From assembly GCA_947572235.1 (NCBI GenBank), contig CANPBB010000001.1, forward strand, positions 1,620 to 65,619: a stretch of 64,000 bases of DNA, written 5' to 3'. This DNA is from an uncultured Clostridia bacterium (GTDB lineage: Bacteria > Bacillota > Clostridia > Oscillospirales > Oscillospiraceae). Under the pieces are notes generated by a model. The model did no database searches. It was not told where the DNA came from and was given only the letters and a program-made list of their open reading frames with translations. The position numbers and the translations under genes are program-made. Below are positions 17,841 to 26,198 of the stretch, piece after piece (positions within the stretch are counted from its first letter, which is position 1; each line of letters opens with the position of its first letter).

Positions 17841-18713
17841 ATGCTCTGCACCCTCTGTCCACGACTCTGTGCCGCGCCGCGCACCGAGACACATGGTGAC
17901 GGCCGCTGTGGTATGCCGTCCCTGCCGGTGGTGGCCCGGGCGGCGCTCCACCACTGGGAGGAGCCCTGCATCAGCGGTACCCAAGGCAGCGGCGCGGTGT
18001 TCTTCTCCGGCTGCCCCTTGGGCTGCGTGTTCTGCCAGAATGGCCGGATCAGCCGCGGCCATTTGGGCAAAATCGTCTCCGTGGAGCGCCTTCGGGAGAT
18101 CTTCCGCTCCCTCATCGCCCAAGGGGCCCACAATATCAATCTGGTTTCCCCCACCCACTTCGCCCACGCCATTGGGGAGGCGCTGCGGGAGCCCCTTGGC
18201 GTGCCGGTGGTCTGGAACACCGGCGGCTACGAACGGGCGGAGACCCTGCGCGCCCTAAAGGGGCGGGTCCAGATCTACCTGCCGGACCTGAAGTATGCCG
18301 ACGGCGCCTTGGCCCGGCGGTACAGCGGCGCGCCGGACTATTTTGCGGTTGCTGCCGCCGCCATTGAGGAGATGGTCCGGCAGACCGGGCCCTATGAGCT
18401 GGGGGAGGACGGCCTCCTCCGGCGGGGGGTGCTGATCCGGCACCTGCTCCTCCCCGGCGCGTTGGAGAACACCAAGGCGGTGCTGGACTACGTGGCCCGC
18501 ACCTTCCCGCCGGGGACGGTGCTCTTCTCCCTGATGGCCCAGTATACCCCCCAGCCGGGGGCGGAGGGCCTTCTCGCCCGGCGGATCACCGGGGCGGAGC
18601 TGAGGGCGGCGCGGGCCTACATGGAGAGCGTAGGCATCACCGCCGGCTACACCCAGGACATCGAGGCCGCCCGCCGGGAGTACACGCCGGACTTCGATTT
18701 GACCGGGGTATAG
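17841..18713 (+). CDS. Radical SAM protein, PflX/YjjW-like activating-enzyme family
   Basis: N-terminal CxxC plus CPLGCVFCQN radical SAM cluster. About 290 aa, as is typical for this family. Confidence 0.87.
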   Translation: MLCTLCPRLCAAPRTETHGDGRCGMPSLPVVARAALHHWEEPCISGTQGSGAVFFSGCPLGCVFCQNGRISRGHLGKIVSVERLREIFRSLIAQGAHNINLVSPTHFAHAIGEALREPLGVPVVWNTGGYERAETLRALKGRVQIYLPDLKYADGALARRYSGAPDYFAVAAAAIEEMVRQTGPYELGEDGLLRRGVLIRHLLLPGALENTKAVLDYVARTFPPGTVLFSLMAQYTPQPGAEGLLARRITGAELRAARAYMESVGITAGYTQDIEAARREYTPDFDLTGV

Positions 18714-18723
18714 ATGAATAGGC

Positions 18724-18765
18724 AAGGCGCCCGGAGAGCGGGATTCTCTCTGGGCGCCTTTTGGC
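18724..18765. terminator. Bidirectional terminator between convergent genes
   Basis: AAGGCGCCCGGAGAG...CTCTCTGGGCGCCTT hairpin followed by TTTGG. Confidence 0.7.
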
Positions 18766-18793
18766 TTTCGTTTTGGTGCGGCGGGCTCCGCTG

Positions 18794-19840
18794 TTATTTG
18801 TCGAGGGCGGCTATCATGGCCTCCGCCTCCGCTGAGGTCACAGCGTCCTTGGGGCCTAAGCGGTCTCCGGCGGGGAGCAGGCCCCGCTGGTGGGCCCAGG
18901 ATAGGGCGGGCTGGGCGAAGCGGGCGATCTCTCCCGCGTCGCTGTAGCCGGTCAGGCCGGGGTAGTCCATCAGCATGGGACTGCCGGAGCGCCGCCATAG
19001 GACGACAGACAGCTGCTCCCGGGTGAGGGGTTTGTCGGGACAGAAGCGGTCGTCGGCATAGCCGCTGAGGAGCTTCTCGCCGGCTGCCCAGCGGATTGCC
19101 TCGGCATAGGGGGCGTCCTGCGGCACGTCGCTGAAACTCATGGCGTAGTCCGCCGCGGGACTGCCCTTGGCGGCGTGGAGGAGGGAGGCGAAGGCGGCGC
19201 GGGTCAGCGGCGCGGCGTCACCGGTCCCCGCCAGCACCATGACGTGGACAGGGCGGGCCTGACCGGGGTAGGACAGGGCTACCACGTCATACCAAGCCAT
19301 GATATGATCCCCGGCCCGGATGTCCGATAGTGCCGCCGGGGCGTCTGTCCCGTAGGCGGAGAGGGGGGTCTGGCTGTCAATAAAGAGGTGCATCCCCCCG
19401 TTGCCTGTGGTGACGCGGAGGGTTCCCTCCTGCTCCGCTAAGGCCTCCACTTTGATATACCGGGCGCAGGAGGTGTCCTCGGGTACGTTGCGCACCACGG
19501 CAAAGGCGGGGGACTGGGGTGGGAGGGAGCGGGTGGAGATGGGGCTATGGTACACATAGACCCGCTCCCCCACCTGCAGGGTGGCCGGGTCGCTGGCGGT
19601 CTGGCGGCCGCTGTCGATCCAGACGGTTTGATCGGATAGGTTCATCACATATTCCCCGCCCTTGGGGGACTTCAGGAGGAGGGCGGTGAGAGAGCCGTCC
19701 TCGTCGGCGCGGCACTCCATCACCTCGCCGTAGCAGAGCTCACTGTCGGGGAGGAGGGTGTTGTCCGCCGCCATCGCGGGGATGCCGAGAGCGCAGAGCA
19801 TCAGGCTGCTCAGAGTCAAAGCTGCCAGTTTCTTTTTCAT
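18794..19840 (-). CDS. Secreted SLH-domain protein
   Basis: Signal peptide MKKKLAALTLSSLMLCALGIPAMA. C-terminal SLH repeats (FSDVPQDAPYAEAIRWA..., YSDAGEIARFAQPALSWA...). Confidence 0.85.
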   Translation of the reverse strand: MKKKLAALTLSSLMLCALGIPAMAADNTLLPDSELCYGEVMECRADEDGSLTALLLKSPKGGEYVMNLSDQTVWIDSGRQTASDPATLQVGERVYVYHSPISTRSLPPQSPAFAVVRNVPEDTSCARYIKVEALAEQEGTLRVTTGNGGMHLFIDSQTPLSAYGTDAPAALSDIRAGDHIMAWYDVVALSYPGQARPVHVMVLAGTGDAAPLTRAAFASLLHAAKGSPAADYAMSFSDVPQDAPYAEAIRWAAGEKLLSGYADDRFCPDKPLTREQLSVVLWRRSGSPMLMDYPGLTGYSDAGEIARFAQPALSWAHQRGLLPAGDRLGPKDAVTSAEAEAMIAALDK

Positions 19841-19953
19841 GCGCGGTTCTCCTTTTCTGTCAGTATTGAGGTCGAGAGGGATGACGGGGCTTCTATGAGA
19901 ATAGACGCATGGGGCCTCTGAAAAGTTTCCTTCCCTATGGGGGATTTTCCGCA

Positions 19954-19998
19954 CAAAAAACGTACACCTCCAGAGAGAATCCGTCTGGAGGTGTACGT
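19954..19998 (-). terminator. Rho-independent terminator of queT
   Basis: Minus strand reads ACGTACACCTCCAGA...TCTGGAGGTGTACGT followed by TTTTTTG. Confidence 0.8.
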
Positions 19999-20033
19999 CG
20001 ATACTGCATTGGCGCCCTGAGGGTCAAAACATC

Positions 20034-20522
20034 TTACGCCAGCTGGGCCGCATGGCGGCGGAGGGACAGGTAGAGCAGAAAGCCCAGCACGCCCACCGAC
20101 AGCACCTCTCCGGCGCCTACGGTGCCCATCATGTACCAGATGGCGTCGGGCATTCCATAGCCGTAGCGGAGCACCCAAGGGACGATGATGGTGTTGGCGG
20201 CGATGGGGGGCAGCAGGGCCAGCAGGGGGCGACGGCGGAGCAGGTAGGTGCCCACGGCCCCGATCAGCGTGGCAATGGCGCCCACGACCACGTCCAGCAC
20301 CACCGCGCCGGTGAGGGCGTTGGCCAAAAGGCACCCCAAGGCCAAGCCGGGAATGGCGGCGGCGGTAAAGATGGGCATGACGCACAGCGCCTCGCTGAGA
20401 CGCAGCTGGATCACGCCGGAGGACAGGCCGAACTGGGCGGCTAAGTACGTCAGCGCCACATACATGGCGGCGATCAGCGCCCCCTGACACAGGGCGCGGG
20501 CGGGGGATTTGGTTTCTCTCAT
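20034..20522 (-). CDS. queT: Queuosine-precursor transporter QueT (ECF S-component-like)
   Basis: 162-aa polytopic protein. LIAAMYVALTY...QLRLSEAL...PWVL pattern typical of QueT. Confidence 0.85.
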   Translation of the reverse strand: MRETKSPARALCQGALIAAMYVALTYLAAQFGLSSGVIQLRLSEALCVMPIFTAAAIPGLALGCLLANALTGAVVLDVVVGAIATLIGAVGTYLLRRRPLLALLPPIAANTIIVPWVLRYGYGMPDAIWYMMGTVGAGEVLSVGVLGFLLYLSLRRHAAQLA

Positions 20523-20531
20523 GTGTGTATT

Positions 20532-20594
20532 CTCCTTAGTTTTGTTTTTTCTCCGCGCGGGGCGGGTGGGTGAGGATGGTTACGAACTCACCGG
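20532..20594 (-). promoter_or_regulatory. Candidate preQ1-I-type riboswitch in the queT leader
   Basis: Minus strand reads GGUGAG-UUCGUAACCAUC-CUCACC hairpin, then AAAAAACAAAACUAAGGAG tail overlapping the SD. An extra 18-nt GC hairpin is inserted between them. Confidence 0.5.
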
Positions 20595-20599
20595 GGGCT

Positions 20600-20628
20600 A
20601 TCATAGCAGAATCGGGGGGAAGATGCAA
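20600..20628 (-). promoter_or_regulatory. Sigma-A-type promoter of the queT leader
   Basis: Minus strand reads TTGCAT, 17 nt, TATGAT. Confidence 0.5.
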
Positions 20629-20760
20629 GACAAAAAGCCGTGACCGATGAAAAATGATTTGAACCCCGTGAAAATCGGTGCTAAAATAGGCGTACCAAGG
20701 CTGACAGAGGAGATCGCGGTTTTGCGGCGGGAATATTACGGTCTTAGGAGGACAGCGGCT

Positions 20761-21396
20761 ATGCTGATGATACGGCGTGAGGAGGAGCGGGACCGCCAAG
20801 CTGTGGAGGGCATGACCCGGCGGGCGTTTTATAACCAATATATGCCGGGATGCTTTGAGCATTATCTAATCCGCGCCATGCGCGGGCACCCGGATTTCCT
20901 CCCGGAACTGAACTTTGTGGCCGAGCTGAACGGCGAGGTCATTGGAAGCATCATGTACACGAGATCCACCCTGACAGATGAGGCCGGGGCGGTACGGGAG
21001 GCTGTCACCTTCGGCCCGGTCTCCATTGCGCCGGAGCACCAGCGGCGGGGCTATGGGCGGCAGCTGATGGAGCACTCCTTCCGCCGGGCGGCGGAGCTGG
21101 GGCACGATGTGATTGTCATATTGGGCAGCCCCGCGAACTATGTGGGCGTGGGGTTTCGGTGCTGTAAGCGGTTCAACGTGTGCGCGGAGGACGGAAGATT
21201 TCCGGCGGCGATGCTGGTCAAGGAGCTTCGCCCCGGCACGCTGGATGGGAGACGGCGGGTCTATCGCCACAGCTTGGCGATGGCCATTGATGAGGAGGCG
21301 GCCCAGCGGTACGATGACACCTTGGAGCCGCTGGAGAAGGCTTGGCGGCCAAGTCAGGAGGAGTTTTTTATTTTGAGCCAGTCATTTGTGGAGTAG
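20761..21396 (+). CDS. GNAT-family N-acetyltransferase
   Basis: Start MLMIRREEERD behind AGGAGG. QRRGYGRQLM acetyl-CoA motif. Confidence 0.85.
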   Translation: MLMIRREEERDRQAVEGMTRRAFYNQYMPGCFEHYLIRAMRGHPDFLPELNFVAELNGEVIGSIMYTRSTLTDEAGAVREAVTFGPVSIAPEHQRRGYGRQLMEHSFRRAAELGHDVIVILGSPANYVGVGFRCCKRFNVCAEDGRFPAAMLVKELRPGTLDGRRRVYRHSLAMAIDEEAAQRYDDTLEPLEKAWRPSQEEFFILSQSFVE

Positions 21397-21511
21397 AGAC
21401 GGTGCGCCCTCTGCGGAGGGGAACCTGCCGGATGAGGGATCTCCGCAGCCTGCCGGCTGTCAAAGGAAAGCCGCACATCCCACTAAAATTGACGGGGAGG
21501 AACGCCCAACT

Positions 21512-24500
21512 ATGGAAAACCATCTGCCGTATACCTCTGAGAGAAGAGAAAAAACGAGTTTCGAGCGCGGGGAGGCCCCCTTGGCGGCGGTCCCTCCGGC
21601 AAAAAAACCTGTCCGGACGGTCCCTCTGACGGAGGGGCCCAATATCTGCGCCGGCCATCCGGCGGTGACTGCCTTTCAAGCCCTCTACAGCGGGAAACAG
21701 AGAAGGGACGCCAAGGCTTGGCTGAACTACTTCACCTCACCGGACTTTCTGTCGGTCTATCGGGAGCGGCGGTTTGCCCAGCTGCTGCTCTCCTGCGCCG
21801 AGAGCTGTGAGCAGCCGCCGCCTCGGGAGATGCTGAACTGGCTCTACGCCGTCTATGGGATTTTCGGCGAGAAGCAGATCTATGCGGGCCCCGACTCCAG
21901 CCGGGAGCGGGAGGAGATCAGCTTTCGGGTCAGCTGGGGGGCGGACTTTGACGGGCTGGGGTACATCCTCTCCTTGGCGGAAAAGGGGGTGGTGCCCAAA
22001 CGGAGCCAAGGGAACGAGCTGGCCATCCGAACCAGCTTTATCGAGTACCGCCGGCTGGTGTATCTGAGCGGGCTGGGGAGCTGGGAGAACGGGGCCGTTG
22101 GGGAGGCCAGCCGCATTTTAGGGCGGTACGTTCTGGCCTATCTGAGGGAGAAGTGCACCGCAAGGGAGCCCACGGACTGTGAGCGGCACCCGGCGGGGCT
22201 GAGACTGATTACCCACTTTTACCAGACACAGGAGCTGCCGGAGGAGCTCTACCGGATCGCTTGGGAGAAACTGGATTTGAAAAGCGCCCTTATGGGCCGG
22301 CCCAAGGTGCTCTATGGGGAGCTGCGGGAGATCGTGCTGGCGCGTCTGCCGGGGATCGCCGGGGAGAGCGCGGAAAACTTCCGCCAGCTCAAGTCCGACT
22401 TTACCCTCTACGCCATCGGCTGCTATAAGCGCTCGGGCAGCGACCCGGAGCGGGATCGGGCGGAGACGGAGGCCTTCTTTGCCCGGGAGGACTTTCAGCG
22501 GGCCCTCTTAAACCGGAAGTTTGTGGAGGAGAACCTGCTGAGCACTTGGGTGGATGAGGACCGGTGCGGCGGCTTCCTCCAAAAGATTATCGGCTTCTAC
22601 ACCGCCCATCCGGAGGCCCCCTGTGCCCAAGAGGTGGTGGAGCGGGCGGAGGCCATGAAGGAGAAGCGGGCCCGGCTGGACCGGGACAACGAGGATCGGA
22701 ACGCCCCGGCTCCGGAGGAGATCCCCGCCCTCTCCTGCCGCCCCTTCTTCCGCCACTGGATCAACACCGCCTTCTACACCGCCCGGGACCGGGAGAGCGG
22801 CATATCCCTACTGGGGCTGCTGAGGCAGGACTTTTCCTACCATATGGAGTGGAGCCGGCGGTTTTTGGGCTCGGAGACGGAGGTCCCCCAGCCCAAGTGC
22901 CTCACCTGCACTGTGGACGGGGAGGAGATCACCCTCCGCTTCCACCTGCGGCATGTGGACTTCCTTCTGAACGGGGAGCTGCTCTGCCGTCCGGTGCTCT
23001 CTTGGGAGCTGCTGCTGGAGGCGGCCGACGGGGACCTATTTCTCCTGCTGCTGCCCATCACTGCGGCCTATGAGGACCAGATTGAGGAGGTTCGAAGGGA
23101 ACTCTCCCGCCGGCTGCGGGACACCGCCGCCCCGGAGGAGCTGCGGGAGCGGATCGCCGCCTGTCTCGCCGGCTCCGTCTGTCGGCTGTGGGTCTGCTAT
23201 GACCAGAACGGGACGCCCATGGACACGGAGACAATGCCCTGCGAGTGGTTCCGGGAGGACGCGGAGCGGCTTTTAGGGTGCAGCTACGGGCCGGAGAACC
23301 GGCTGCTCTGGTTCTTCGAGCAGACCTTCGCCGGGCGCAGGGGCCAAGGGGAGGAGACCTATGAAAACGTCCAGAGTGTGGAGGAGGCGGCGGCGTTGGC
23401 GGAGCAGCTTCTTTCCGATGCCGTCTCCCCTGTTGGCATCCACTTGGACCGCTTGGAGAACCTGCCCGCGGCGGTGTATGCCGATCCGGACTTTATGGCC
23501 ATCGCCAAGGAGCCGGGCCGTCCGGGGACGGATATGCCCCGGGCGCTACTGGAGGCGGAGGTGACAAGGGAGGCCCTGCAGGGGCTCTTCCTCCACTTCG
23601 CCGCCGGGCGGGTGCGGCGTCTGGAGCTGAGCTGGCCCACCAGCTTTGCCTTCAGCGGCCTCTATGGATATGAGGCCCGCCGGTCCTTGGTGTTCCTTCG
23701 GGAGAGCAATGGGTACGCCTGCCTGTACTTCGACGACAAGGACGCCCAGACCTACGCCCTCATCGCTAGGCCGGAGCTGTACTGGGACCTGGATGCCGAC
23801 AGCGCGTCCTTTGTCCCCTTCCGGCAGGGACGGCTCTCCGGCCACGATGTCCATCAAAGCTTTGCCACCATCCGCCGGCACTTGGATACCGTATTCTCCC
23901 AGGCCGGCTGGCCCAACGGCATCCAGCTCCACGCGGGGCGGATCTGGAGTTATGCCGCGGCCATGTGCCACGGGCGGCACAAGTACAACTTGGATAAGCT
24001 CCTATTGGGGGGCTTCCCGCTGGAGCGGTGCCGCAACCGCTTGGGGGACAAATTCTACCTCGCCTGCTACCCGGAGGAGATCGCCTGTTTGGACGCCGCG
24101 GGGGAGGCGGAGCGCCTGCCCATCGGCAATATCAACCGGGATCGGGTGCAGGCGGCCTTGGTGAACGCCGTACAGGGGCGGCTGACCGCCCTGTGCCTCC
24201 GCTGGAGTGAGGGCCGGTATGTGGTTCTCCGGCAGGAGGAGGGGCGCTTCCTCCTATTGTATTTGGACGACCAGCGCCGGCGGGCGGTTTTCCATGTGGC
24301 GGACAAGCGGACCTATATGGATGTGGAGGGGAAGAAGTACCCCAAGGGCGTCTTCCAGGGCCGTGTGACGCCGGCCTATCTGATCCACCATGACGCCATC
24401 GCTCTGCGGACCGCGCTGGAGCAGCTTCTCTCGGCCATGGATGCGCCGGAGCGGTTTGTGGACCAGTTTGCCGAGTTTGCCGGAGAGAGCCCGGTGAAGG

Positions 24501-24544
24501 AGCGGCCGTATGAGGTGGTTCGCGGGGAGATGGTTTTGGAATGA
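21512..24544 (+). CDS. Large hypothetical protein (about 1010 aa), no recognisable domain
   Basis: Uninterrupted ORF with coding-like composition, start MENHLPYTSERRE. Internal repeated modules in the C-terminal third. Confidence 0.8.
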   Translation: MENHLPYTSERREKTSFERGEAPLAAVPPAKKPVRTVPLTEGPNICAGHPAVTAFQALYSGKQRRDAKAWLNYFTSPDFLSVYRERRFAQLLLSCAESCEQPPPREMLNWLYAVYGIFGEKQIYAGPDSSREREEISFRVSWGADFDGLGYILSLAEKGVVPKRSQGNELAIRTSFIEYRRLVYLSGLGSWENGAVGEASRILGRYVLAYLREKCTAREPTDCERHPAGLRLITHFYQTQELPEELYRIAWEKLDLKSALMGRPKVLYGELREIVLARLPGIAGESAENFRQLKSDFTLYAIGCYKRSGSDPERDRAETEAFFAREDFQRALLNRKFVEENLLSTWVDEDRCGGFLQKIIGFYTAHPEAPCAQEVVERAEAMKEKRARLDRDNEDRNAPAPEEIPALSCRPFFRHWINTAFYTARDRESGISLLGLLRQDFSYHMEWSRRFLGSETEVPQPKCLTCTVDGEEITLRFHLRHVDFLLNGELLCRPVLSWELLLEAADGDLFLLLLPITAAYEDQIEEVRRELSRRLRDTAAPEELRERIAACLAGSVCRLWVCYDQNGTPMDTETMPCEWFREDAERLLGCSYGPENRLLWFFEQTFAGRRGQGEETYENVQSVEEAAALAEQLLSDAVSPVGIHLDRLENLPAAVYADPDFMAIAKEPGRPGTDMPRALLEAEVTREALQGLFLHFAAGRVRRLELSWPTSFAFSGLYGYEARRSLVFLRESNGYACLYFDDKDAQTYALIARPELYWDLDADSASFVPFRQGRLSGHDVHQSFATIRRHLDTVFSQAGWPNGIQLHAGRIWSYAAAMCHGRHKYNLDKLLLGGFPLERCRNRLGDKFYLACYPEEIACLDAAGEAERLPIGNINRDRVQAALVNAVQGRLTALCLRWSEGRYVVLRQEEGRFLLLYLDDQRRRAVFHVADKRTYMDVEGKKYPKGVFQGRVTPAYLIHHDAIALRTALEQLLSAMDAPERFVDQFAEFAGESPVKERPYEVVRGEMVLE

Positions 24545-24565
24545 GTGATTAGGAGTGGTTTTTGG

Positions 24566-24608
24566 CAGCAAGGCGGGGCCTTCCTTTGGGGAGGCCCCGC
24601 CTTGCTGC
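24566..24608. terminator. Bidirectional terminator
   Basis: GCAGCAAGGCGGGGCC...GGCCCCGCCTTGCTGC hairpin. Confidence 0.75.
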
Positions 24609-24611
24609 GTC

Positions 24612-25328
24612 CTATTTGGTTTCCATTTTTACCGCGGTTTCCAAGGCGATTTTCATCATGGTGGTGAAAGTGAGCTGGCGGTCCTCGGGGGGGAGCTCCT
24701 CGCCGGTGATCAGGTGGTCACTGATGGAGCACAGGGCCAGGGCCCGCTTGCCGTGGGCGGCGGCCACGCAGTAGAGGCCCGCGGCCTCCATCTCCACCGC
24801 GAGGACCCCCATCCGGCCCCACTCCTTGGTGCGGCCGTCGGCAGCATAGAAGTTGTCGGTGGAGGCCAAGTTGCCCACCGGCATCTCCACGCCGATCTCC
24901 CGGGCGGCGGCTACGGCGGTCTCAAGGAGCGTGAAGTCCGCGATGGGGGCGAAGGTCCCCGGCAGGCGGTACTGTGCGGCAAAGTCGGAGTTGGTGCAGG
25001 CGCCTTGGGCGGCTACCACGTCCCGGAGCTTCAGCCGCTCACTGATGGCCCCGGCGGAGCCGATGCGGATGATGTTCTCCACAGCGTACTGGCTGTACAG
25101 CTCGGTGGAGTAGATGGCCATGGAGGGAATCCCCATCCCCGAGGCCATCACGCTGACGCGCACATCCCGGTAGGTCCCGGTGTAGCCCTGGATCCCCCGG
25201 ACATTGTTCACCAGCACCGGGTCCGTGAGGAACGTCTCCGCGATAAACTTAGCGCGCAGCGGGTCCCCGGGCATGAGGACGGTCTTGGCAAAGTCCCCCA
25301 TCCTGGCGGAGTTGTGAGGAGTTGACAT
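24612..25328 (-). CDS. deoD: Purine nucleoside phosphorylase
   Basis: MSTPHNSA...VLMPGDPLRAKFIAETFL...SVMASGMGIPSMAIY...ISDHL is a typical hexameric DeoD. Confidence 0.93.
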   Translation of the reverse strand: MSTPHNSARMGDFAKTVLMPGDPLRAKFIAETFLTDPVLVNNVRGIQGYTGTYRDVRVSVMASGMGIPSMAIYSTELYSQYAVENIIRIGSAGAISERLKLRDVVAAQGACTNSDFAAQYRLPGTFAPIADFTLLETAVAAAREIGVEMPVGNLASTDNFYAADGRTKEWGRMGVLAVEMEAAGLYCVAAAHGKRALALCSISDHLITGEELPPEDRQLTFTTMMKIALETAVKMETK

Positions 25329-25345
25329 AGTGGCACCTTCCCTTC

Positions 25346-25457
25346 TTTTTGAATTAGGAATTAGATGTTAGGAATTGAGGTGTCGCCTGCGGCGAGAGAT
25401 TTGAATGGAATGGAAAACTATCTATAGGGGAAATTCCCAATTCCTCGTTCCTAATTA
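25346..25457. repeat. Repeat family C, full copy between deoC and deoD
   Basis: Left end GAATTAGGAATTAGATGTTAGGAATTGAGG; right end GGGAAATTCCCAATTCCTCGTTCCTAATT. The core matches other copies. Confidence 0.8.
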
Positions 25458-26125
25458 TGCTGCATAGTGCTGCTTTCTCGGTTTTTGATTTCCCGCACAA
25501 TTCTCGAGGTTCCCAACCGCGCAGCCCCTAAGCGCAGAAAGTCCTCGGCGTCGGTGAGGGAGGCGATGCCGCCGGCGGCCTTGATCTTTACGCGGGGGGC
25601 GATGTGTTTGGCGAACAGAGACACGTCCTCACGGGTGGCCCCGCCGCCGGCGAAGCCGGTGGAGGTCTTGATAAACTCCGCCCCGGAGTCGGACACCACC
25701 TGACATAGGGCGATCTTCTCCTCCTTTGTGAGGAGGCAGGTCTCCACGATAACCTTTAGGATATTGGACCCGCAGACGGCCTTTACGGCGCGGATCTCCT
25801 CCAGCACCCGGTTGTACTGGCCCTCCTTGGCCCAGCCCACCCGGATGACCATGTCAATCTCTTGGGCGCCGTTTTTTAGGGCGTCCTCGGTCTCAAAGCA
25901 CTTGGCGGCGGTGGTGGCGTAGCCGTTGGGGAAGCCGATCACGGTACAGATGGGAAGCTGTCCGTGGAGATAGTCCGCGGCTTGGGCCACAAACCCCGGA
26001 GCGATGCACACGCTGGCGCACCCATAGCGCACCGCGTCGGCGCAGACGGCCTCCACCTGCGGCCAAGCGGCGTCCACTGACAGAAGGGTGTGGTCCACAG
26101 TGGAGAGAATTTTTGAAATTTCCAT
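25451..26125 (-). CDS. deoC: Deoxyribose-phosphate aldolase
   Basis: IDHTLL...ASVCI...KVIVETCLL...FIKTSTGF...KAAGGI motifs. The stop codon lies inside the family C repeat. Confidence 0.93.
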   Translation of the reverse strand: MEISKILSTVDHTLLSVDAAWPQVEAVCADAVRYGCASVCIAPGFVAQAADYLHGQLPICTVIGFPNGYATTAAKCFETEDALKNGAQEIDMVIRVGWAKEGQYNRVLEEIRAVKAVCGSNILKVIVETCLLTKEEKIALCQVVSDSGAEFIKTSTGFAGGGATREDVSLFAKHIAPRVKIKAAGGIASLTDAEDFLRLGAARLGTSRIVREIKNRESSTMQHN

Positions 26126-26198
26126 CGTAGTTTACCTTCCTTTTTGGGGACGGGGGGTCGCCCCGGACCCAGCAGATTTCGAGTGAGAGCGCAAACGC

